Shown here one piece after another: positions 9,557 through 17,900 of a stretch of DNA of 64,000 nt. The DNA is from Pseudomonadota bacterium (GTDB lineage: Bacteria; Pseudomonadota; Alphaproteobacteria; Rickettsiales; UBA8987). The translations under genes and the position numbers were made by a program. The notes beneath the pieces were generated by a model that worked only from the letters and a program-made list of their open reading frames with translations, was not told the DNA's origin and ran no database searches. The stretch spans positions 69,130 to 133,129 of the forward strand of contig JBEHXK010000005.1 of the NCBI GenBank assembly GCA_048498735.1. Direction: 5' to 3'. Position 1 is the first letter of the stretch, and each line of letters opens with the position of its first letter.

Positions 9557-9718
9557 ATGTCAGAAGCAGAATTTACATTTACCGGAACACCTGAAGTTGC
9601 CTGCGATGGCGGCAAAGGGGCGCTCGGCCACCCACGCGTTTACCTGACATTCTCATTCGGCGAAAAGGAAGTTACCTGCCCTTATTGCAGCCGAAAATTC
9701 ATTTTCGAAAAGAAATAA
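9557..9718 (+). CDS. Zinc-finger (CHCC, NDUFS6-like) domain protein, 53 aa
   Basis: Below the ORF-track length cutoff. ATG at 9557, TAA at 9716-9718. Translation: MSEAEFTFTGTPEVACDGGKGALGHPRVYLTFSFGEKEVTCPYCSRKFIFEKK. The C-x-GG...LGHPRVYL...CPYC pattern is the conserved alphaproteobacterial zf-CHCC protein. Confidence 0.75.
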   Translation: MSEAEFTFTGTPEVACDGGKGALGHPRVYLTFSFGEKEVTCPYCSRKFIFEKK

Positions 9719-9729
9719 TCTGAAATTAA

Positions 9730-9927
9730 TTACACACCAAGTTGTGCTGGGCCTTTTTCTGCCATATCTGGAGTAACAGATGCATGTATGCCGCCAAACC
9801 CAGTGATTCTGCCAGCGCTAGGACCTGCAGCAGATTTGTAATACATATCTGTGCCTGAGATTGCGTCTAGAAAACCTGAAACGCTGCTGTGGAATTCATC
9901 TGACTTCATGGCTGCTTGTAGCGACAT
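9730..9927 (-). CDS. Hypothetical protein (65 aa)
   Basis: Good SD (AAAGGA about 7 nt upstream of the ATG) and a non-overlapping position. No recognisable family. Confidence 0.4.
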   Translation of the reverse strand: MSLQAAMKSDEFHSSVSGFLDAISGTDMYYKSAAGPSAGRITGFGGIHASVTPDMAEKGPAQLGV

Positions 9928-9976
9928 AAAAAATCCTTTGTTAACCTGATTATATCAAAACTTTGTTAAGAAACCA

Positions 9977-10924
9977 TTAAGAAATGCGTGTTTTTGCCAG
10001 CGGATGGTTTTTTCCAACAAAATCCTTTATTTTTGAAATGTTTATATGGGTATAAATCTGTGTGGTGGATATGTCAGAATGGCCCAAAATTTCCTGTAAC
10101 ACTCTGAGATCCATGCCTTTTTCCAATATATTAGTGGCAAAACTATGACGCAGAACGTGCGGGGAGATCTTTTCCGGGTCAATTCCTGCACGAATAGCAT
10201 AGTTTTTCAATAAGTTAGCCAGCTGCTGGCGGGTGATATAGCCCTGTTTTCCTTTAGATGGGAACAGCCAGCTTCCACCAGCTATAGCCTTAAGCCTGGC
10301 TTTTTGGCTTTCCGTGAGGAATTCTTCCCAATGAACAAGATATTTTTCGAGTGATTCGATCGCAGCAGCCGTGAGTGGCGCGATGCGTTCCTTATCGCCC
10401 TTGCCTTTCACCAGCAGGAAATAATGTTTTTTGCCCTCAACAATTGTGTTCTGGATACTATTTTTCTTCAGCGAAATTATTTCAGAAACACGCAAGCCAG
10501 AACCGGCTAGTATGTCGATGAACAGCGCGATGCGAAAGCCTTGTGCATCCCCATCCTTCAGCGCTTCCTGCTTGAGAGCTGCAACTTCCGCTTCGGTTAA
10601 GAATTTTGGCAGAACCTTATCTTTCTTCGGCAGTTCGATCAGGCGGGTAGGGTCTTCCGCGATCATCTTCTCGCTTTTCAAAAATGAAAAAAATTGTTTT
10701 AGCGCAGATATCTTCCTGCTCAAACTACTCTTGGCAAAACGACGGGAGATCGCGGCGATATAAACTGTAACATCCTCGGCAGTTATGGCAGAAATATCCT
10801 TCTTCTCATGGCCGGCAAATTGCTCCAGATCAAGCCGGTAAGATTCAACAGTGTTCTTGGAAGCGCCGCGCTCTGCGGCCATCATCTCAAGGAAATATTC
10901 AATATGGCTATTGACTTGCGCCAC
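9977..10924 (-). CDS. xerD: Site-specific tyrosine recombinase XerD
   Basis: N-terminal FLEMMAAERGASKNTVESYRLDL. Catalytic region HVLRHSFAT ... LGHSDISTTQIYTH. Confidence 0.9.
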   Translation of the reverse strand: MAQVNSHIEYFLEMMAAERGASKNTVESYRLDLEQFAGHEKKDISAITAEDVTVYIAAISRRFAKSSLSRKISALKQFFSFLKSEKMIAEDPTRLIELPKKDKVLPKFLTEAEVAALKQEALKDGDAQGFRIALFIDILAGSGLRVSEIISLKKNSIQNTIVEGKKHYFLLVKGKGDKERIAPLTAAAIESLEKYLVHWEEFLTESQKARLKAIAGGSWLFPSKGKQGYITRQQLANLLKNYAIRAGIDPEKISPHVLRHSFATNILEKGMDLRVLQEILGHSDISTTQIYTHINISKIKDFVGKNHPLAKTRIS

Positions 10925-11102
10925 TTTTCACTTCACGCGACACATCGTGCGTGCCAGGTTTTATATCGGCCTTATAAAGCACACCCAAGCCGACAAGCAA
11001 AATAACAACTACGAATATTAATTTCTTCACTTTAACCTGCCTTTATAATTTATATGATGGGTAAATTCCTGTAAGAATTTCCTAAAGGATTTTTATAGTA
11101 AA

Positions 11103-11678
11103 ATGAGTGTTGAGGCAATAAACAAAATTAATAAACCGATAGTTCTGCTCGGGATGATGGGGGTTGGCAAAACCACCTATGGCAAAAAACTTGCCAACAC
11201 ATTGAGGGTGCCGTTCTATGATATCGACCAGGAAATTGAGAATGATATTGGCCACGCAGTGAGCTGGATATTTGAAAATATCGGCGAGCCTGAATTCCGC
11301 AGGTTGGAAGAAAATAAAATCAAAGATCTGATCGCCAAACATGATAGAAGCATTATCGCACTGGGCGGCGGCGCTTTCCTGAATGAAAAAAGCAGGAAGC
11401 TGATCAAGGAAAAAACCATTTCTGTATGGTTGCAGAGTTCAGCCAAAGTTATCTATGATCGTGTGAGTGTGAGAAAAGACAGGCCCCTACTTGAAGGAGT
11501 GAGCGATAAGCTCGGTAAGATCAAAGAGATCAGCGAAGCAAGGGCGCCTATCTATGCCGAGGCTGATCTTAGCCTGAACACTGATACTGGCGGGCCGAAA
11601 GAAATAAACCGCAATATCATTGCAAAATTAGGTGAATTCATAGAAAAACAACCGGCCTTGCATTTGAAGCGAAAATAG
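11103..11678 (+). CDS. aroK: Shikimate kinase
   Basis: P-loop GMMGVGKTT and the shikimate-kinase layout. It sits directly upstream of aroB. Confidence 0.9.
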   Translation: MSVEAINKINKPIVLLGMMGVGKTTYGKKLANTLRVPFYDIDQEIENDIGHAVSWIFENIGEPEFRRLEENKIKDLIAKHDRSIIALGGGAFLNEKSRKLIKEKTISVWLQSSAKVIYDRVSVRKDRPLLEGVSDKLGKIKEISEARAPIYAEADLSLNTDTGGPKEINRNIIAKLGEFIEKQPALHLKRK

Positions 11679-11696
11679 TGAGAATCAGCGACAATT

Positions 11697-12779
11697 ATGG
11701 ATAAGATAAGAATAGATTTAGGCAAGAACTCATACGATATTCTGATCGGCGAAAAGCTGCTCGAAAATTCAGCGAAATATATTTCTGAAGTGGTGCCTGC
11801 GAAAAGCAAATTATTCATCGTCACCGATTCAAATGTTGCAAAATTATATTTAAAAAAACTGCAGGAAGTTCTGAAAAAAGCAGGCTTCGCAGTTTTCACC
11901 ACGATCATTCCGGCAGGTGAGAAATCAAAGAATATCAACCAGCTTGAAAAGATCCTGAATGATGTTTTCAAACACCAGCCGGAAAGGAACTCTACATTTA
12001 TCGCACTTGGCGGCGGCGTGGTTGGTGATATCACCGGATTTGCGGCAAGTGTATTATTGCGCGGGGTGAATTTCATCCAGATCCCAACAACATTACTTGC
12101 GATGGTTGATAGTTCTGTGGGCGGAAAAACCGGGATAAATAATAAATTCGGCAAGAATCTGGTTGGCGCTTTTTACCAGCCAAAACTTGTGCTTGCAGAT
12201 ATATCTTTGTTAAAGAAATTGCCCAAACGCGAGTTGCTTGCAGGCTATGCCGAAGTGGTGAAATATGGCCTGATCTGCGATAAGCCTTTCTTTGAATACT
12301 TAGAAAAACAGAAAGATCTTTCAAACATCAGGAAGATGATCGAAAAATCATGCGCAACAAAAGCTGAAGTTGTTGCGGCCGATGAGAAGGAAAAGAACAT
12401 CCGCGCGTTATTAAATCTCGGCCATACTTTCGGCCATGCTTTAGAAGCCATATGTAAATATGATGGCACTTTGTTGCACGGCGAAGCTGTTGGAATAGGC
12501 ATGATAATGGCTTACAGGTTTTCAGAATTCATGGGCATCTGTAAAAAAGGTTGCGCTGACAGGCTTGAAAAATTGCTGAAAAAGAACGGCATGAAAACCG
12601 ATGCAACGAAGTTGAAATATGCGGTCGATGCGAAAACAATTATAAAATATATGTATCAGGATAAGAAGGTTGAAGGCAATAAACTGACGCTTATATTGGC
12701 TGAAGATATTGGCAAATGTTTCGTGAAAAAAGATGTCAGCGAAAAAGACCTTTCGAAATTTTTAAAAACGATCTTATAG
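11697..12779 (+). CDS. aroB: 3-dehydroquinate synthase
   Basis: 360 aa with the GGGVVGDITGFAA nucleotide-binding motif and metal ligands in HTFGHALE / LLHGEAVGIG. Confidence 0.95.
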   Translation: MDKIRIDLGKNSYDILIGEKLLENSAKYISEVVPAKSKLFIVTDSNVAKLYLKKLQEVLKKAGFAVFTTIIPAGEKSKNINQLEKILNDVFKHQPERNSTFIALGGGVVGDITGFAASVLLRGVNFIQIPTTLLAMVDSSVGGKTGINNKFGKNLVGAFYQPKLVLADISLLKKLPKRELLAGYAEVVKYGLICDKPFFEYLEKQKDLSNIRKMIEKSCATKAEVVAADEKEKNIRALLNLGHTFGHALEAICKYDGTLLHGEAVGIGMIMAYRFSEFMGICKKGCADRLEKLLKKNGMKTDATKLKYAVDAKTIIKYMYQDKKVEGNKLTLILAEDIGKCFVKKDVSEKDLSKFLKTIL

Positions 12780-12787
12780 TTCAGGCC

Positions 12788-13432
12788 ATGAAAAAATTAT
12801 TCTTCCTGCTTTTTATATTTTTGCTGCCGACATATTCATATGCGGCTTCTGCACGCCTGAATGCCGATCAGGTGAGTCTGCTTAATGATGCGCAGGATTA
12901 TCTGGCAAGAGTTAAAACCGTGCATGCAAATTTTATCCAGATCAATCCGGGCAGTGATGTGGTGAGCAGCGGTGAGTTATTCATTGAGAAACCTGGGCGT
13001 TTGAAAATGAGCTACTCAACACCATATCGAATTGATTATTACATCAATGATGATGACCTAACGCAATATGACAGTGACCTTGACGAAGTGACTCGCGGTG
13101 CTGCACCTGATAATCCTCTGAAAGTGCTGTTATATGATGATATTTCGCTTACACGCAATGATATAATGGATGTGACCAATGTGGTTGATGAAGGTGCAAC
13201 TTTCAGCGTTTACCTTTTGAACAAGGCACAAAAACTTCGTGATGTTAACGGCCTGATCTTGAAATTCCAGAAAAGTCCGATCGAGATTTCATCGGTTGAG
13301 CGTGTTGATTATGAAGGCAATAAAACTGAGACAAACCTGACTGCGGTTAAGATAAACGAAAAACTGGATGATTCACTGTTCATGTTCAAAAGGCCGAAGG
13401 CAGCCTTCCCTAATTCACGCAGCAGAAAATAG
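12788..13432 (+). CDS. LolA-like outer-membrane lipoprotein carrier protein
   Basis: The track ORF starts at 12716 inside aroB. The internal ATG at 12788 gives a clean signal peptide (MKKLFFLLFIFLLPTYSYA). The mature part carries the LolA-type F.Q...G.L.I.KPGRLKM.Y pattern. Confidence 0.7.
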   Translation: MKKLFFLLFIFLLPTYSYAASARLNADQVSLLNDAQDYLARVKTVHANFIQINPGSDVVSSGELFIEKPGRLKMSYSTPYRIDYYINDDDLTQYDSDLDEVTRGAAPDNPLKVLLYDDISLTRNDIMDVTNVVDEGATFSVYLLNKAQKLRDVNGLILKFQKSPIEISSVERVDYEGNKTETNLTAVKINEKLDDSLFMFKRPKAAFPNSRSRK

Positions 13433-13434
13433 TT

Positions 13435-13716
13435 TTAGCCGAAATAATAGATCAGGCAATATTGCAGGAATTTTATCACCAGCACCAGGATAAGCGGCGC
13501 AAGATCAAAACCGTTATAAGGCTTTATATATTTGCGGATCTTTGCAAGCACTGGCTCAGTAGCACTGGCTAGCAACCTTCTGGCTTTTATCACAACCGGT
13601 TCGTTCATATTCACCACGTTGAAATAGCATAGAAGTTCGATGAGGAAATAAAAGAAGACGATCCAGAAATAAAGACCGAGGGCAAATTCTAATATCGCGA
13701 TGATAGGGTTTGGCAT
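13435..13716 (-). CDS. YggT-family membrane protein
   Basis: 93 aa with two TM helices and typical YggT size and composition (..PVLAKIRKYIKPYNGFDLAPLILVLVI..). Confidence 0.75.
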   Translation of the reverse strand: MPNPIIAILEFALGLYFWIVFFYFLIELLCYFNVVNMNEPVVIKARRLLASATEPVLAKIRKYIKPYNGFDLAPLILVLVIKFLQYCLIYYFG

Positions 13717-13734
13717 TTATTCTCCTTATATAAT

Positions 13735-14733
13735 TTACAGATTGCCGACTTTTAACTGTTTAGGCTTAGGCAGCTCGGCACCGCGGATAGGCATTTTATA
13801 GACCACCATATTACCCTTGCCCCAATATTCCACTGCACCAGGGCTCATGATATTCGCCATAGCGATGCCGCGACCGTTCGGGTCTGCCATGCGGGTCGGG
13901 TCAAAATCCATATAATCCTGCCAGTTAAAGCCTTTACCTTCATCCTTGATCATCACGCGATAGATATTCTCGCCATTTTTGTGATGCAGCTCGATATGCA
14001 CTTTGCGCGAGCCATAATGCGGGTTGTTAGTGCGGCTCTCGATCTCACTTTCATATTTATTCTCAAGCAATAATCTGTGCTTCAATTCAAAGCCCAGTTC
14101 AAGATTGCCGTGCTCTATAGCGTTGATCAGAAGGGCCGTCATCCCCACGACATATTTATTCGGGTCGGCACTGAAACGCGCCAGAAAGTTCGCAAGTTTG
14201 CGTGCTTCAGAAAAAGTTTTGATCTCGAAGGTGCAATTGCGCACATTTTCGATGATGTTGTGGAAAGAGAAAACTTCAGTTTTTAGAACATCGGCTTCGC
14301 GTTTTTCCTTCAATGCCGATTTCACGATCGAAAGCAGAACCGAGTGTGAATATGGCTTGGTGATATAGTAATAAGCACCGGCCTCAATGCCCTCGACAGT
14401 TTTCTGTTCGCTGGTCATGGCGGTTTGCATGATGACTGGAATACGTGCTGTGCGCGGATCAGACTTTAATTCTTTCAAAAGCTGGATGCCATCAAGCCCG
14501 GGCATCATTATATCAAGGATCACCGTATCAATGCGGGCATAATTGCTGCGGATGAATTCCAGGCCGATCTCGCTATAGGCGATGGTTTTGCACTCATAGC
14601 CTTCCTTGGAAAGATGCATCTCTAGAATTTCGAGATTGGTCTCTTCATCATCAACGCAGACGATAAAAGGAACGCGTGTAGAAACATTGCTTTCATCAAC
14701 TGCGAGTTTTATCTGGTTATCCGGTGTTCTCAT
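13735..14733 (-). CDS. Response regulator with C-terminal GHKL ATPase (RsbW/SpoIIAB-like) output domain
   Basis: Residues ~22-140 form a receiver (VCVDDEETNL, ILDIMMPGLDG, ITKP). Residues ~190-325 carry the N-box LINAIEHGN, G1 IKDEGKGF and G2 PNGRGIAMA. There is no DHp or DNA-binding domain. A strong SD (GGGGGAAAG) lies 13 nt after the upstream kinase stop. Confidence 0.8.
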   Translation of the reverse strand: MRTPDNQIKLAVDESNVSTRVPFIVCVDDEETNLEILEMHLSKEGYECKTIAYSEIGLEFIRSNYARIDTVILDIMMPGLDGIQLLKELKSDPRTARIPVIMQTAMTSEQKTVEGIEAGAYYYITKPYSHSVLLSIVKSALKEKREADVLKTEVFSFHNIIENVRNCTFEIKTFSEARKLANFLARFSADPNKYVVGMTALLINAIEHGNLELGFELKHRLLLENKYESEIESRTNNPHYGSRKVHIELHHKNGENIYRVMIKDEGKGFNWQDYMDFDPTRMADPNGRGIAMANIMSPGAVEYWGKGNMVVYKMPIRGAELPKPKQLKVGNL

Positions 14734-14746
14734 AAGCTTTCCCCCA

Positions 14747-16249
14747 TTATTCTATAGCGTTTACAGGAAGTGTAAACGAAAAAATCGCCCCACTGTCCTC
14801 AGAATTCTTTACCCATATCTCGCCACCATGGCCATTAATTATTTCCTTACTGATAGAAAGACCAAGGCCTGTGCCGCCGGCGCCTGTTTTGGTTTTACTG
14901 CTCTGCACGAACTTATCGAATACTGTGTGCAGTTCATCATCAGGGATGCCGATACCTTTATCCTGCACCGAAGAAATAAGATATTTCGTATCTGCGCTAT
15001 AGCGAAGATCAATTATAATGCTGGTTCCGGCGCGGGTGAATTTGATCGCATTTGAAATAAGGTTATAGAAAACCTGGATAATTTTCTCGGCATCGAAATA
15101 TGCCATCATGCGATCATTCTCTTTGCGGATCTCAACTGTGAGTTTTTTATCCTCAAGCAGTTTATGCATCTCAGAAACAACAGAACTAATTGAAGTTTCA
15201 ATATTATTATTGCGGAAATTGAAATGCATTTTTCCGGCTTCGAGCTTGGAAAGATCAAGCAGATTGTTTAGAAGTGCCAGCAGCCTTTTGCCACTATTCT
15301 CGATCTTGCTGAAATATTTTTTCAGGTCATCGCGATTGGCGGTCTGCGATTCCGAATTGCCAAATTCGGCAAAGCTTAATATCGCATGCATCGGCGTTCT
15401 GAGCTCATGGCTCATATTGGCAAGGAATTCTGATTTACTTTCATTGGCGCGTTCCGCCTGAACCTTAGCGCGCTCCAACTCAAGCGTTCTTTGCGTAACT
15501 TTTTCTTCCAGCGTGGAGTTGGCTTCCTTGACCTCCTTATCACGCGTGTTGATCTGGAATAACATTTCATTGAAGGCATCTACCAGAACGCCGAGTTCAT
15601 CCTCACTTTTCTTTTTAACACGTACGCTGTAATCACCTTTATCAGTCACTGAATATGCAGCGAGATAAAGATTTTTGATCGGACGATCGATGATCTTGGA
15701 AAGCTTTGCGGAAATGAATACAGCAATGCTTGCACCGATGGTGATCGAGATGATACTATAAATGAGATAGCGCTGATATGATTTGCGAATATCGCGCATG
15801 TCAGTCACGATCACGATCGAGCCGATCTTTTCCTCATTGATAATGATATCCCGATAAACATATAGATATGAGCCCAGGAATTCGCTGATCGGTGATGCCG
15901 CGGCCTTTGGGCATATTAGGTCATCCGTTGTGGTGTAGTGGGTGAAAACATCATCAGTTGCGTCATAAATACATGCAAGACGGATTGATTGGCGCGATGA
16001 AAGTGCCGAAAGGTTTTGATAGGCTGTGTTCTTATCACCGAACTGGATGGCGGCGGTGCTGCGATTGCCGATGATCTCTGCCAGAACGCTCATCTCCTGC
16101 ATGAGGTTTTCTTTCAAACGCACGGTTGAGAAGAAAATGAAAAATATCAGCGAAGTGAGCAGCGCAACGAAGCTCGAAAAGAAAATGATCGCAAGGATCT
16201 TTTTCTTAATCGGCAGGCGCAAGAATGTTTTTTTGGCAGTGATTATCAT
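14747..16249 (-). CDS. Sensor histidine kinase (TM - extracytoplasmic CHASE8-like - TM - HAMP - HisKA - HATPase_c)
   Basis: Two TM helices flank a ~130-aa sensor region. HAMP (DELGVLVDAFNEM), coiled coil, H-box SHELRTPMH, G1 DKGIGI, G2 GTGLGLS. Confidence 0.9.
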   Translation of the reverse strand: MIITAKKTFLRLPIKKKILAIIFFSSFVALLTSLIFFIFFSTVRLKENLMQEMSVLAEIIGNRSTAAIQFGDKNTAYQNLSALSSRQSIRLACIYDATDDVFTHYTTTDDLICPKAAASPISEFLGSYLYVYRDIIINEEKIGSIVIVTDMRDIRKSYQRYLIYSIISITIGASIAVFISAKLSKIIDRPIKNLYLAAYSVTDKGDYSVRVKKKSEDELGVLVDAFNEMLFQINTRDKEVKEANSTLEEKVTQRTLELERAKVQAERANESKSEFLANMSHELRTPMHAILSFAEFGNSESQTANRDDLKKYFSKIENSGKRLLALLNNLLDLSKLEAGKMHFNFRNNNIETSISSVVSEMHKLLEDKKLTVEIRKENDRMMAYFDAEKIIQVFYNLISNAIKFTRAGTSIIIDLRYSADTKYLISSVQDKGIGIPDDELHTVFDKFVQSSKTKTGAGGTGLGLSISKEIINGHGGEIWVKNSEDSGAIFSFTLPVNAIE

Positions 16250-16354
16250 AAGCCCTGAAACCCTTACAAATATGCTATGATTTAAACGGGATAAACCTCA
16301 AGGGTTTAGAGATTTTGGGTGGCTTTAAACCGGTCGGAAGGAAGTACTGGTTAC

Positions 16355-17386
16355 TTATTTACCACTTGGGTTTAGGAAACTTGCATCGCCATAGGAAAAG
16401 AAGCGGTATTTTTCAGCGATGGCGTGGGTATAAATGCACTTTGCCTCATCTACCCCTACAAAAGCTGAAACCAGCATAAAAAGAGTGGATTTTGGCAGGT
16501 GAAAATTGGTTATCAGGCAATCAACCAGTTTGAATTTATAGCCGGGATAAATGAATATATCGGTCTCACCACTTTTAGGTTCAGGTGATCCTATGGTTTC
16601 AAGCACACGAAGTGATGTGGTGCCGACAGCTATCACGCGGCCACCTTTTTCTTTTGCTATTTTGATCGTATTTGCAGCCTTTTCATCAAGCTGATAGAAT
16701 TCGCTGTGCATTTTATGTTCAAGAATATTTTCCACACGCACGGGGAAAAATGTTCCTGCTCCCACATGCAGAGTTACGAAAGCGGTGTGTATATTTTTTG
16801 CCTGCAATTGTGAAAGTATTTCCTTGGTGAAGTGTAGACCTGCCGTTGGTGCTGCAACTGATTTTTCTTTAGCATCATTGGCGTAAACCGTTTGATAGGT
16901 GCTGGCATCCGCAGCTTCGGATTTACGTTTTTTCTGAATGTATGGAGGCAACGGCATACGGCCATATTCATGCAAAGCTGAAAGCAACTCTGTGCCGTTT
17001 AAATTAAAACTTAAGATGATCTCACCAGAAATATCTTTGGAAATTATATTCGCATAAAAACCATCAGAAATGATGAATTTTTCGCCGACCAATATTTTCT
17101 TCCCCGGCTTGGCAAGCACTTTCCAGGTGCCTTCTGAAACTTCTTTTATCAACGTTATTTCCACGGCAACACCTTTGCATGAGCCGTTTATATGAGCGGG
17201 CAGAACCTTGGTATCATTAAATACCAGTACATCATTTTCTTTGAGCAACGAGAGAAGGTCAGAAAAAACCCGATCCGATATTTTGCCATTATCATAGACC
17301 AGAAGTTTTGAAGAACTGCGATTTTCGATCGGAGTAAGGGCAATAAGTTCATCAGGGAGATGGTAATCAAAATCAGAAAGCTGCAT
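16355..17386 (-). CDS. queA: S-adenosylmethionine:tRNA ribosyltransferase-isomerase
   Basis: 343 aa. N-terminus is MQLSDFDYHLPDELIA; other segments include PTAGLHFT and GTTSLRVLE, all characteristic of QueA. Confidence 0.95.
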   Translation of the reverse strand: MQLSDFDYHLPDELIALTPIENRSSSKLLVYDNGKISDRVFSDLLSLLKENDVLVFNDTKVLPAHINGSCKGVAVEITLIKEVSEGTWKVLAKPGKKILVGEKFIISDGFYANIISKDISGEIILSFNLNGTELLSALHEYGRMPLPPYIQKKRKSEAADASTYQTVYANDAKEKSVAAPTAGLHFTKEILSQLQAKNIHTAFVTLHVGAGTFFPVRVENILEHKMHSEFYQLDEKAANTIKIAKEKGGRVIAVGTTSLRVLETIGSPEPKSGETDIFIYPGYKFKLVDCLITNFHLPKSTLFMLVSAFVGVDEAKCIYTHAIAEKYRFFSYGDASFLNPSGK

Positions 17387-17698
17387 TTAGAACCCGAGTG
17401 AACGACCGCGTGCACGGGCTTTGCTGCGGCTTGCACGAACGCGGGTCTGCATTTTGCCGAGTTCTTTTGCATGTTGATGTACCATTTCGCGTGCCACCTG
17501 TTTTCCTCTGCCGACCTTATTCGCAATACCGGGATCGAGGCCCTCTTTAGCATCAGGCGCTACGATCTCTGCCGCCGATTTTTCTGTAACTTCCGCCTGC
17601 GCCTCTGCATTTTTCATGTGGAGTTGATGCGCCCGGACCTTTATATCCCTTTCCTTATTGGAAGTGATGTGATCCTTCGGATGTTTCGACCAAAACAT
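17387..17698 (-). CDS. Hypothetical basic protein (103 aa)
   Basis: The stop abuts the queA start. Lys/Arg-rich with a C-terminal RASRSKARARGRSLGF. No family recognised. Confidence 0.4.
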   Translation of the reverse strand: MFWSKHPKDHITSNKERDIKVRAHQLHMKNAEAQAEVTEKSAAEIVAPDAKEGLDPGIANKVGRGKQVAREMVHQHAKELGKMQTRVRASRSKARARGRSLGF

Positions 17699-17701
17699 TA
17701 A

Positions 17702-17851
17702 CTATTCTTCCCTAGTTTCACGTTCCGGTTTCGGCTTTTTATCCAAACTAGAATCGTCTTTATCAGTTTTCAATGCGGCTTTGCGACGAAGAAGATTTTC
17801 ACGCAGGGCCGTATTCAATTCTGAGCGGTTCTTTTTATTCTTCTTATCCAT
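17702..17851 (-). CDS. Hypothetical small basic protein (49 aa)
   Basis: Below the track cutoff. Translation: MDKKNKKNRSELNTALRENLLRRKAALKTDKDDSSLDKKPKPERETREE. The L-R-x-N-L-x-R-R-K segment resembles small conserved alphaproteobacterial proteins (recollection only). The stop lies 3 nt before the next ORF start. Confidence 0.35.
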   Translation of the reverse strand: MDKKNKKNRSELNTALRENLLRRKAALKTDKDDSSLDKKPKPERETREE

Positions 17852-17900
17852 CTTACCAGATTTTATAGGTGCTTACAACCTGAGGTTATTTCTCAAACAT

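Noticed and set aside
10908-11030. 40-codon GTG-initiated minus-strand ORF (MKKLIFVVVILLVGLGVLYKADIKPGTHDVSREVKSGASQ) overlapping the xerD start
   Set aside because: It has a plausible TM helix and a weak SD (GGCAGG). It is too short, starts at GTG, and I cannot test conservation here. It is recorded only as a possibility.
11552-12154. 200-aa minus-strand ORF
   Set aside because: It is antisense to aroK and aroB, which carry clear catalytic motifs. It has no motif of its own.
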